From a bacterium (lineage in GTDB: Bacteria; UBA8248), in the NCBI GenBank assembly GCA_965202625.1, contig CBDBBI010000010.1, positions 1,952,001 through 2,016,000 on the forward strand: a stretch of DNA of 64,000 bases. Reading direction: 5' to 3'. Both the position numbers and the translations under genes were made by a program. Positions 53,999 through 63,100 of the stretch are shown in pieces; positions within the stretch are counted from its first letter, which is position 1, and every line of letters begins with the position of its first letter. Below the pieces are notes generated by a model. That model was not told the DNA's origin. It searched no databases and saw nothing but the letters and a program-made list of their open reading frames with translations.

Positions 53999-54591
53999 GC
54001 GAAACGCGCGAGCGTGAGGAGTGGACATTTCCCGTTCGCCTGCGCCGCCTTCTGCTCACCCCCCAAAGACGTCGAATCATGCCGCCTGCAAAGACGCTGC
54101 GTGGTTTAGGGCTTCGCCGCGGCATGCGTTTTCTAGACGTGGGATGTGGCCCCGGCTATTTCGCGATTCCCGCCTGTGGCGTGGTGGGAAAATATGGGCG
54201 CGTGCTCGCTTGTGACGTCTCGCCTGTGATGCTGAAGGAAGTTCGGACGGGGGCGAGCGAGCGCGGCTACGCTCACCTGACCGCGCGGCGATGCGAAAAC
54301 TTCGCTGTTCCCTTTCCGGATGAGATTGCTGATTTCGCCCTTCTCGCGTTCGTCGTCCATGGAATGGCCGACCCCCAGGCCTTACTCAGGGAGTCGCGCC
54401 GCGCGATGCAAAAGCGGGGCGCGATCGTCCTGATCGAGTGGCACAAGAAGCAAATGGAGGTGGGGCCACCCTTTCGCTCTCGGTTTCGGCCGGAGGCGCT
54501 CACCGGTGAGTTGCGCAAGGCGGGTTTTTTGAACGCGCGATGGTGGAATTTTGACGGTAACACCTATTTTGCGTCTGCGCACGCTCCATGA
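53995..54591 (+). CDS. Class I SAM-dependent methyltransferase
   Basis: FLDVGCGPGYF...GRVLACDVS..ML; IVLIEW.K....GPP. Confidence 0.88.
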   Translation: MSETREREEWTFPVRLRRLLLTPQRRRIMPPAKTLRGLGLRRGMRFLDVGCGPGYFAIPACGVVGKYGRVLACDVSPVMLKEVRTGASERGYAHLTARRCENFAVPFPDEIADFALLAFVVHGMADPQALLRESRRAMQKRGAIVLIEWHKKQMEVGPPFRSRFRPEALTGELRKAGFLNARWWNFDGNTYFASAHAP

Positions 54592-54775
54592 CGCGGTGGG
54601 GAGACCGCCTCTGTGCAAGGTAGCGGATGATTGGATGGCGTCGTTGGGGCGTCTGTTCGTCCTTTTTGCGCCCAGAATTGCTCGCTCAGGATGGCGGCCT
54701 GGAGAGCGCATCCTGCGGCTGGCTCTGGCACCGCACGCTAGGTGATAGTTTCGCGCGAGCGAGGGAGTGCTAGGA

Positions 54776-55537
54776 ATGAGAGGCAGATCCTCGATTCAAG
54801 GACATGTGGCGGTCGTTACGGCGGGAGCGGCGGGAATTGGCGCGGGCGTCGTGGAGCGTCTCGCGCAAGAGGGCGCGCGTGTCGCCTTGCTGGACGTGGA
54901 CGAGAATCTGGGCGAGGCGACCGCGCGGCGCGTGCGCGAAGGAGGGGCGGAGGCACGCTTCTTCAGGGCGGACGCCACGTGGGCGAATGCGATCAAGGTG
55001 GTGATGGGAGAGGCGCTCCTCGCGTGGGGCCGTCTCGACGTTCTGGTCAACTGCGTGGGCGGCTTCGTGGAGAATCCCCGTCTTGAGGATTTGGATGAGG
55101 CGCACTGGCGCCAGATTGTCGATCTGAATCTGAAAAGCGCCTATCTGTGTGCGCGTGAAGCGGCGCCTATCATGAAAAAGGCGCGCTACGGGCGTATAGT
55201 GAACGTCTCCTCCCTGTCGGGCCGAGACGGCATTCTGGAGACGGGCCTCGCCTACAGCGCGGCCAAGGCCGGTCTGTTCGGCCTTTGCAGGCGCCTGGCG
55301 GTGGAGCTCGCGCCTCACGGCGTCACGGTGAACACGGTGGCGCCCAGCGTCGTCCTCTCCCCTCGAGTGGCCGCCCTGCACAGGGAGAGGCTGCCCGAAA
55401 TCATCTCGAAAATCCCGTTGGGCCGCGTGGCGGAGGCCGCGGATATCGCCGACGTCGTGTGGTATCTCGCCAGACCGGAGGCGAGGTACGTGACGGGTGT
55501 GACGCTCGATGTTAACGGCGGCAGGTACGCCCACTAG
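54776..55537 (+). CDS. SDR family oxidoreductase (FabG-like)
   Basis: VVTAGAAGIG, GRIVNVSS, YSAAK, GVTLDVNGG. Confidence 0.93.
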   Translation: MRGRSSIQGHVAVVTAGAAGIGAGVVERLAQEGARVALLDVDENLGEATARRVREGGAEARFFRADATWANAIKVVMGEALLAWGRLDVLVNCVGGFVENPRLEDLDEAHWRQIVDLNLKSAYLCAREAAPIMKKARYGRIVNVSSLSGRDGILETGLAYSAAKAGLFGLCRRLAVELAPHGVTVNTVAPSVVLSPRVAALHRERLPEIISKIPLGRVAEAADIADVVWYLARPEARYVTGVTLDVNGGRYAH

Positions 55538-55549
55538 AGGGGCTTTCCC

Positions 55550-56308
55550 ATGCGCGATCGATCTTCAGTGAAAGGCCGCGTCGCCATCATCACGGGCGCG
55601 ACCGACGGCATCGGGCTGGCGACGGCGATGCGCCTCGCTGATGAGGGCGCGAAGGTGGCCATTATGGGGCGCGATACGCGGCGTGGCGGGGAGGCCCTCG
55701 CCAGAGTGAGCGAACGCGGTGAGGCGTTGTATTCTTCCGGCGACGCCGCCCTGAAGCGGGATGTCGACCGTCTTTTTGCCCTTACGCTTGACGCGTGGGG
55801 CCGCCTCGACGTTCTGGTGAACTGCGCGGGCGGCTTTTTGGAGACGTCCGACATCGAAGGCCTTGATGAGGCGGAATGGCGAAAGATTATGGACTGGAAC
55901 CTCACGAGCTGCTATCTCGCCAGCCGGGCGGCGACGACCCCGATGAAGGAGAGGGGTTATGGCCGCATCGTGAACGTTTCCTCCATCTCCGCGCGCGCCG
56001 CCCTGCCGAGCGTCTCGCTCGCCTACAGCGCGGCGAAATCTGCGATGCAGGGCTTCACTCGAAGGCTCGCGGTGGAGCTCGCTCCCCACGGCATCACGGT
56101 GAACGCCGTGGCTCCGGGCGTGACGCTCACCAAGCGTTTCCACCTAGTGCATGGAGAGCGCGTTCCGGCGATAGTGGCGAGCCTGCCCGTGGGCTTCGGC
56201 GGTGCACCCGAGGATGTAGCCGACGCGATCTGGTATTTTTCCACTCCAGGCTCGGGCTACGTCACGGGCGTGACGCTTGACGTGAACGGCGGACAATATA
56301 TGCATTAG
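55550..56308 (+). CDS. SDR family oxidoreductase, tandem paralog
   Basis: ITGATDGIG, GRIVNVSS, YSAAK, GVTLDVNGG. Confidence 0.93.
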   Translation: MRDRSSVKGRVAIITGATDGIGLATAMRLADEGAKVAIMGRDTRRGGEALARVSERGEALYSSGDAALKRDVDRLFALTLDAWGRLDVLVNCAGGFLETSDIEGLDEAEWRKIMDWNLTSCYLASRAATTPMKERGYGRIVNVSSISARAALPSVSLAYSAAKSAMQGFTRRLAVELAPHGITVNAVAPGVTLTKRFHLVHGERVPAIVASLPVGFGGAPEDVADAIWYFSTPGSGYVTGVTLDVNGGQYMH

Positions 56309-56437
56309 CGCGAGGGTGCCCGTAGGATTTACAGGATATGCGCGGAGGAACAGGCGCGAGCGGGTCCGCCATGTTATAATGCCGAGAGCGCAAGGGAGTT
56401 TTGGGGTTATTTTTGGACAGTGAGAGGAGGTATGTGA

Positions 56438-56836
56438 ATGCGACGCCTTATGCGCCTCGCCGCTTTGACGTTGTTTGCGGCTGCCTTGATTTTTCCTCAA
56501 GCCTCGTTCGCCGAGAACCAATGGCGCGCTTATGACGGCAAGGCGTTCGCCCAAGCCCAAAGGGACGGAAAAACGATTTTCGTGCATGTTCACGCGCACT
56601 GGTGAAGCACGTGCCAGCGGCAGTTGCCGCTGCTCCAGTCCCTGATTGGGGAGAAGAGATTCAAGGACGCCGCCGCTTTTCAGGTGGATTACGATTCCCA
56701 GCGCGACTTTCTTCGCGTGCATCGCGTACGCTGGCAATCGACGCTCATCGTTTTCAAGGGCGTGCACGAGAAGGGGCGCTCGGTCGCCGACCTGGAGGAG
56801 GCAAGCGTCATAAGGCTTCTGGAGCGCGCGCTTTAG
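56438..56836 (+). CDS. Exported thioredoxin-family selenoprotein (WUxxC), 132 aa with Sec56
   Basis: RBS GAGGAGG, ATG 56438, signal peptide ending ASFA, KTIFVHVHAHW-TGA-STCQRQLP..., FQVDYD, QSTLIVFKG..E.GRS; TGA at 56603-56605. Confidence 0.9.
56615..56632 (+). promoter_or_regulatory. Putative bacterial SECIS hairpin of the thioredoxin gene
   Basis: Perfect 7-bp stem CAGCGGC-AGTT-GCCGCTG, loop G 18 nt after the TGA. Confidence 0.78.
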
Positions 56837-57030
56837 GGCGCGCGTTCTTGTCACTCGTTTTGCGCGGTGGGACGGCCACCTCCCCGTCCTTGATGCATAT
56901 ATCCGTGCCATAGTGGGCGGAGAGTTTTTTCATCCCTTTGGTATTCGTGCGCCTCGCGTCTCATATTCCTCCCCCCAGTGGTTGATAAAAGGCGAGGTTG
57001 GCCCACCGCTTGAGGCGTCTGACGTCCCGC

Positions 57031-58062
57031 CTAGCGTCCTTTGTGAAAACGCGGAGGGGCTGCGGGCGGCTCCCTGAAGTCCGCGCGCCGTAACGCATCC
57101 GCGGCGTGCTCGGGCGTCACCTCGTTGACGTGTACCCCCAGTCCCGCCTCAAGGCCCGCCAGCGGAGTCAGGCGGGGGAAGAGCTCGATGTGCCAGCGGT
57201 GCGCGCCGGAGTTCTCGTCTCTTTCCTCCGTCGCCAGAAAGAGAAAGACGTTGACGGGCGGATCGTTCAGGCGCGCCTTGTAGCGTCGCAGCGTTCGTGC
57301 CAGCGCGCCTCCCACCGAGGCGATGGTGCGGGGCGCGCTGCTCAGGAAGGAGGCTTCCGTCGGCCAGGGGGTGATGCAGGCGAGATAGGGAAAGCGCGAC
57401 CCCCAGGGACAGAACACGGCGGCACCCTCTTCTCCTGGCTCCACCATCCTCTCTTTTTTCTCGCGCTCCGCCGCGAGTGTATAGTCCAGAAGCGCGGCCT
57501 TGCACTCTTTATGGAAGGCGGCTTCGTTTCGTCGCTTTCTCTCGGCGTTGCCCGCATGGGCGGGCAGGGCGAGAATCTGCATGTGCGAGTGGAGGATGGA
57601 GGCGCCGGCCATCGCGCCATGATTCTTGAAGGCGAAGACGCAGCGGACGCCGGAATGCTTCACCAGGGCGCGTGTCCTGTGTTGGAGAAGGCCCAGCACG
57701 CGCCCCGCGTGCGTGTCGCTCAAGTCCGCCAGCCCCTTTGTGTGTCGGGCGGAGTCGATCAGTACCTCGTGGCGTCCCCCGCCTTTGATAGAGGAGAAGA
57801 CGTCGCTCCCGCCCCGGGCGCGCTCCCCTTCGCCGACTGCGGGGTATTTGTTCGCTACGCATCGGGCGTGCCAGCCCCCTCCCTTCCGGATAGCGGCGAT
57901 CTCAGCCGACGTTTCGTTCTCCCTACCCGGACAGAAGGGACAGACCGGGTCTTCTTTTCGGGGGGTGGCGCGCGCATGGTGCGCGGGATGCGGCCGTGCG
58001 CGTCGCTCGGGCGCGATGAGCGTCCATTCGCCAAGATGGAGGTCGTATCTGAGTTCAGGCAT
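57031..58062 (-). CDS. galT: Galactose-1-phosphate uridylyltransferase family protein
   Basis: ELRYD...W..IA.ER..RP, CPFCPG.E, NKYP, G.HEV.I, GAS..HSH.QI. Confidence 0.88.
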   Translation of the reverse strand: MPELRYDLHLGEWTLIAPERRARPHPAHHARATPRKEDPVCPFCPGRENETSAEIAAIRKGGGWHARCVANKYPAVGEGERARGGSDVFSSIKGGGRHEVLIDSARHTKGLADLSDTHAGRVLGLLQHRTRALVKHSGVRCVFAFKNHGAMAGASILHSHMQILALPAHAGNAERKRRNEAAFHKECKAALLDYTLAAEREKKERMVEPGEEGAAVFCPWGSRFPYLACITPWPTEASFLSSAPRTIASVGGALARTLRRYKARLNDPPVNVFLFLATEERDENSGAHRWHIELFPRLTPLAGLEAGLGVHVNEVTPEHAADALRRADFREPPAAPPRFHKGR

Positions 58063-58279
58063 GAACGACACTCGTTTCGGGGCGGGAGAGCGGTGAAGCG
58101 ATGGTAGCACAGATGGGCGTTTTTGAGGCGGTGGGAGGTTGTGCTTTCCCGCCAATGTGCAATAATGTCGTATAGGCTCCGAGAAAGAATATTTTTGACC
58201 GCGCGTATTCTTTCGGTAGCGACTTATACTTGTTGTTTATTTTGCGCGGCGTTTCAAGGAAGGAAAGGGGGGTTTGGTC

Positions 58280-59314
58280 ATGAAAGTCAAGGCTTTTGCA
58301 GTTTCCTCTATACTCGCTCTTGTCATGACGGCGTTTCTCGTCGCACCCGGCAAAGCGGAATCTGCCTGCCAGGTTCACCTCGGCGATCTGAACTGGAACA
58401 GCGCCAACTTTCACACTCAGGTGGCCGCCTTCATTCTGAGGCATGGCTACGGCTGTGAAGTGGAGAGGACTTACGGCGGCACGCTTCCGATCATGGCGGC
58501 CCACTACGAAGGGAAGGTCGATCTGGTCATGGAGCTCTGGTACGACAACGTGAAGGATCAATATGATCCCTTCTTGAAGGCCGGCAAGGTGGAGATGTTG
58601 GGCGTCAACACGCCGGACGTTGTGGAGGCCTGGTATATTCCACGCTTCGTCCGGGAAGCGAACCCGGGGCTCAAGTCGGTTTATGACCTGCCAAAATACA
58701 AACACCTTTTCAAGGATCCCGAGGAGCCCTCCAAGGGCAGGTTCGTGAACTGCCCCCCCGGCTGGGGCTGCGAAGTCATTAACACGGTGAAACTGCGCGC
58801 CTACGGATTGGAAGAGCACTTCACCAACTTCCGGCCTGGATCAGGCGGTGCGCTTAAGGCGGCGATCAAGGGTGCCTATCTCAAGAAGAAGGCGGTGCTC
58901 GGCTATTACTGGTCGCCGACGACTCTCTTCGCCCAGATTGACTTGGTCGCGCTCGAAGAGCCCGTTTGGAACGTGAAAGACTGGGACGAGATGATGAAAC
59001 ATGTGGGGATGGTCAAGAAGGAAGGCGTGCAGGCTATGGGTAGTCCCAAGAAGGCGACCGCCTACCGGACGACGATATTGCCGAAAACGGTCACGACGAA
59101 ATTCGCAGCCGAGAACCCCAATATCGTCGAGTTCATCAAGCAATATACGATGCCTTCCAAGGTTGTCTTGAAATCGTTGCTCTACATGGAGGAGAAGGCG
59201 GGCGGAGAAGCCAAGGCCGCCGCCATCGACTTCCTCAAGACCAACGACGTGTGGAAGAGCTGGGTTCCGGCCGATGTCGTCAAGAAGGTTACAGCGGCAC
59301 TCGCCGACGCTTGA
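58280..59314 (+). CDS. proX: Glycine betaine/proline ABC transporter substrate-binding protein
   Basis: Signal peptide; WNSA, CPPGWGC, GYYWSPT. Confidence 0.88.
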   Translation: MKVKAFAVSSILALVMTAFLVAPGKAESACQVHLGDLNWNSANFHTQVAAFILRHGYGCEVERTYGGTLPIMAAHYEGKVDLVMELWYDNVKDQYDPFLKAGKVEMLGVNTPDVVEAWYIPRFVREANPGLKSVYDLPKYKHLFKDPEEPSKGRFVNCPPGWGCEVINTVKLRAYGLEEHFTNFRPGSGGALKAAIKGAYLKKKAVLGYYWSPTTLFAQIDLVALEEPVWNVKDWDEMMKHVGMVKKEGVQAMGSPKKATAYRTTILPKTVTTKFAAENPNIVEFIKQYTMPSKVVLKSLLYMEEKAGGEAKAAAIDFLKTNDVWKSWVPADVVKKVTAALADA

Positions 59315-59393
59315 GTCGCGCTCGCCCGGCGTCCTTCTCCCGGGGGGGACGCCGCATGCCGCAGTTCTTGAGAATTGAGAGGGTCCGCTCAGT

Positions 59394-60299
59394 ATGGAGA
59401 TTGTGCACAGGCTGCTTCCTGAATGGACGGTCGAGTGGCCGAAGGGCCTGAACCTTCCGCTCAGCCAATGGACCAACGATTTCGTGGGATGGCTGATAGC
59501 CGAGTATGGCGTCGTTTTCGAGGCCGTGGCGGCTTCCATCCTCACGATGTTGGTCGGGCTGGAGCATTTCCTTCGCGATCTCCCCTGGGTCGTCGTGTTT
59601 TTGGGTTTGAGCGCGCTAACCTACTTCTCCAGCGGCCACAAGCGCGGCCCGACCGCGCTTGTGGCCGTTTCCCTGTTCTGCATCGGGCTGATCGATCCCA
59701 AACTCTGGGACTACGCGATGATAACCCTCTCGGTGATGCTGGTCTCCACCACGATTTGCATCGTCTTGGGCATTCCGATCGGCGTCGCGATTTCAAGAAG
59801 CGATCGAGTGCGGAATGTGCTTTTGCCGCTGCTGGACCTCATGCAGACCATGCCAAGTTTCGTCTATCTCATTCCGGCGATCATGCTGTTTGGCCTCGGC
59901 GCCGTGCCGGCCGTCTTCGCCACGGTGATCTATGCCCTCCCGCCGGTGATTCGCTTGACCGATCTCGGCATCCGCCTGGTTGACGAGGAGGTTGTGGAGG
60001 CGTCGGACGCCATGGGCGCCAACAGGAGGCAGAAGCTCCTTGGCGTGCAGATACCGATGGCGTTGCCCAACATCATGCAGGGGGTCAACCAGACCACGAT
60101 GATGGCGTTGTCGATGGTGGTGATCGCCTCGATGATTGGAACCCGGGGCCTCGGCATTGAGGTGCTCATTGGCCTCCAGCAACTCAACGTGGGGCGCGCG
60201 CTTGAGGCTGGCGTGGCGATCGTGCTGCTCGCCATCGTTATGGATAGAGTGACCCAGGCCTACGGCAATCGACTTATCAAGACAGGCGATGAGGACTGA
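59394..60299 (+). CDS. proW: Glycine betaine/proline ABC transporter permease
   Basis: LDLMQTMPSFVYLIP..MLFGLG, GVNQT.MMALSMVVIASMIG. Confidence 0.92.
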   Translation: MEIVHRLLPEWTVEWPKGLNLPLSQWTNDFVGWLIAEYGVVFEAVAASILTMLVGLEHFLRDLPWVVVFLGLSALTYFSSGHKRGPTALVAVSLFCIGLIDPKLWDYAMITLSVMLVSTTICIVLGIPIGVAISRSDRVRNVLLPLLDLMQTMPSFVYLIPAIMLFGLGAVPAVFATVIYALPPVIRLTDLGIRLVDEEVVEASDAMGANRRQKLLGVQIPMALPNIMQGVNQTTMMALSMVVIASMIGTRGLGIEVLIGLQQLNVGRALEAGVAIVLLAIVMDRVTQAYGNRLIKTGDED

Positions 60300-61326
60300 C
60301 CCGATGTCGCTGATTGAGATGCGAAACGTCTATAAGGTATTCGGCCGCGCCGAGGAGGCCGCGCTCGCCCTCGCCTATGACGGCGCCGACAAGGACGCCG
60401 TGCTGGCGGAAACTGGCTGCACGCTCGGCCTGAAAGACGTCAGCCTCTCCATCGAGAGCGGGGAGATATTCGTGGTTATGGGTCTTTCGGGTTCCGGAAA
60501 ATCGACCCTGCTTCGCCACGTCAACCGTTTGATCGACCCGACCGCCGGCCAAGTGTTGATCGAGGGCAAGGACATCCTTCATCTCTCTCCAGAGGAGTTG
60601 CTCGCCTTCCGCCGCCGCACCACGAGCATGGTCTTTCAGCGCTTCGCGCTCTTTCCGCACATGACGGTGACACAAAACGCCGGCTATGGCCTTGAGGTGC
60701 GGGGAGTGCCGCACAGAGAGCGGACCGCGCGCGTGAGGCGATGGATTGAGAACGTAGGGCTCTCGGGCTATGAGAACACCTATCCGGTCCATTTATCAGG
60801 GGGCATGCAACAGCGGGTGGGATTGGCGCGCGCTCTCTGCACCGATCCCGAGATTCTGCTTTTGGATGAGCCTTTCAGCGCCTTGGACCCCCTCATTCGC
60901 AAACAGATGCAGGAACACCTCCTCGTCCTTCAGCGCGAACTCAAGAAGACCATGGTGTTCATCACCCACGATCTGGACGAGGCGCTCAAGATTGGCGACC
61001 GCATCGCCATTCTGAAGGACGGCGTGGTGCACCAGATAGGGGTCCCGGAGGATATCCTGCTGAATCCGTCTACCGCCTACGTGCGCGTGTTCGCGAGGGA
61101 CGCGCGCCGGGGCCGTGTGGTGACGGCAAGCGCCATTATGACGCCGCCAGACGCCGCGACGAACGGGCCAACCGTAGCGCGCGACACTGTGCTTCAGGAC
61201 ATGTTGCCGAAGTGCTTGGAGAGCGATGCGCCGCTGCGGGTGGTGGACGCCGCCGGCGCCGTGGTGGGCGCCGTCTCCCGTGAGACTCTCCTACGCGGCC
61301 TCACCGACCATATGGGAGCGGCCTAG
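60289..61326 (+). CDS. proV: Glycine betaine/proline ABC transporter ATP-binding protein
   Basis: MGLSGSGKSTL.R..NRLI, LSGGMQQRVGLARAL, DEPFSALDPLIR. Confidence 0.93.
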   Translation: MRTDPMSLIEMRNVYKVFGRAEEAALALAYDGADKDAVLAETGCTLGLKDVSLSIESGEIFVVMGLSGSGKSTLLRHVNRLIDPTAGQVLIEGKDILHLSPEELLAFRRRTTSMVFQRFALFPHMTVTQNAGYGLEVRGVPHRERTARVRRWIENVGLSGYENTYPVHLSGGMQQRVGLARALCTDPEILLLDEPFSALDPLIRKQMQEHLLVLQRELKKTMVFITHDLDEALKIGDRIAILKDGVVHQIGVPEDILLNPSTAYVRVFARDARRGRVVTASAIMTPPDAATNGPTVARDTVLQDMLPKCLESDAPLRVVDAAGAVVGAVSRETLLRGLTDHMGAA

Positions 61327-61359
61327 GCCCCGACGACCCTCCGGCTTGAAGCCCGTCTT

Positions 61360-61495
61360 GCGCCTGTGAACGCCACTCTTCACCATCCGCTAACCTCCGC
61401 GCTAGCTCCATAAAAAGCCCGCATTGGAGAGTTTCAACGGCCCCATCATCTTGTCGGTCGATGTTTTTAGATTTGTGGGATCGCTCAAACCCCAA
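61360..61495 (-). pseudogene. Possible fragment of a WYL-protein C-terminal (WCX) domain
   Basis: HKSKNIDRQDDGAVETLQCGLFMELARRLA resembles the WCX pattern H.SQ.I..Q.DG.V.L......EL.RW; short and without a start. Confidence 0.3.
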
Positions 61496-61612
61496 GGTTC
61501 TGAAAGCACAACGCGCGCGCCACCCGATGGGCGGGGAGGGGCTGGATCATTCTCCTCGAGTGTGGCATTTCCATGACTCGGGATATGCGGCTGCGCGCTT
61601 GATGATCAAACG

Positions 61613-63049
61613 ATGAGGGAGCGGATGAGCGATTTCGGAAGAGAGACCATCGTCGCGCTGTCCACGGCCCCCGGGCCCGGAGCGATCGCGGTCGTTCGTA
61701 TGAGCGGAAAGGGTTCGCTCCCGATTCTCACGGAAATTTTTGCGTCGCGCAAAAAAAGAAGCCTCTTTCCTTCGGGGCGGCCCGTGTTGGGGTGCTTTTT
61801 GGACGGCGGACAGGCGTTTGACGAGGGCGTGACGATTTATCATCCAGGCCCCCACTCCTTCACCGGTGAGGACGTGGTCGAGATGTATTGCCATGGCGGC
61901 CCGGCGATAGTGCGGACGATCCTGCGCCTTGCCCGAGAGATGGGGGCCAGGCCCGCAGAGCCGGGCGAGTTCACCAGACGCGCTTTTTTGGAGGGGAAAA
62001 TCGATCTACTTCAGGCGGAGGCGGTGGCGGACCTGGTGATGGCGCAAACCCAAAAGGCGGCGAAGGCCGCGCTCCACCACCTGGAGGGACGTCTCTCCTC
62101 AGCACTGGAGGGCGTGTGGGAGAACCTGGTGGAGGTGGGTGCGCACATCGAGGCGGCAATCGATTTTCCTGAGGAGTTCGAGCCGGGCGCCGGGCCGTTG
62201 GTTTCGGGCGCGCCCATGGAAGGTGCCGCGCTCGCGCCCCTCTTCTCGGAGGCGGAAGGCGCGCTCGAGCGGCTCATAGCGAGCTACGCCTCCGGCAAGA
62301 TACTCAGGGAGGGCGCGCGGGTAGCCATACTTGGAAGGCCCAACGCGGGAAAATCCACTCTTTTGAACGCGCTTCTGGGGATCGATCGCGCCATCACCAG
62401 CGCGACACCGGGCACCACGCGGGATACGGTAGAGGAGGTTTGCGACATGGAGGGCGTGCCGGTGCGGATCATCGACACGGCGGGGCTGAGAGACGCCGGA
62501 GATCCGGTGGAGACTGAAGGCGCCGCGCGCGCGCGCCGCGCCGCTGCGGGAGCCGACCTCTGCCTGATAGTGGTGGACATCGCGCGAGGGGATGGAGAGA
62601 TGGCGTGGGCTGCGCAGGAGTCGCGCGCCATAATATGTCATAAAATTTTTATTTTCAATAAGATAGATGATTGCTCTCTCCAAGAAATAGAAGTGGCGCG
62701 TGCTCTTTGGGGCGAGCGGGAGCTCGACGCCGGGGCGCCGGTTTTCATCTCCGCCTTGACAGGCGAGGGGCTTTCCTCGTTGCGGGAAAGGACCGCGCGT
62801 GTTTTGATTGATGAGGATGAAATGTCGGGTGCCGAGTCGGTGCTCACGCGCGAACGGCATCATCAGCAAATCTCTATGTGTCTGAAGGCGGTGAGGCGCG
62901 CCAGAGAGGGAACGCGGAGGGCGATATCGCCGGAGCTGGTGGCGGTGCATCTGAACGAAGCGCAATCTGCGCTCTCCGCGCTTTTGGGGAGAGATTATGG
63001 ACAGGCACTGCTCGATAAAATTTTTTCGACGTTTTGTATTGGAAAATAA
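61613..63049 (+). CDS. mnmE: tRNA modification GTPase MnmE
   Basis: TIVALST.PG..AIAVVR.SG, SFTGED, GEFTRRAF, GRPNAGKS, DTAG, IFSTFCIGK. Confidence 0.97.
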   Translation: MRERMSDFGRETIVALSTAPGPGAIAVVRMSGKGSLPILTEIFASRKKRSLFPSGRPVLGCFLDGGQAFDEGVTIYHPGPHSFTGEDVVEMYCHGGPAIVRTILRLAREMGARPAEPGEFTRRAFLEGKIDLLQAEAVADLVMAQTQKAAKAALHHLEGRLSSALEGVWENLVEVGAHIEAAIDFPEEFEPGAGPLVSGAPMEGAALAPLFSEAEGALERLIASYASGKILREGARVAILGRPNAGKSTLLNALLGIDRAITSATPGTTRDTVEEVCDMEGVPVRIIDTAGLRDAGDPVETEGAARARRAAAGADLCLIVVDIARGDGEMAWAAQESRAIICHKIFIFNKIDDCSLQEIEVARALWGERELDAGAPVFISALTGEGLSSLRERTARVLIDEDEMSGAESVLTRERHHQQISMCLKAVRRAREGTRRAISPELVAVHLNEAQSALSALLGRDYGQALLDKIFSTFCIGK

Positions 63050-63100
63050 CGATAAATTTTCATAAATTTATGTTTTCGCTAGATTTTGGAGGTCTTGATT

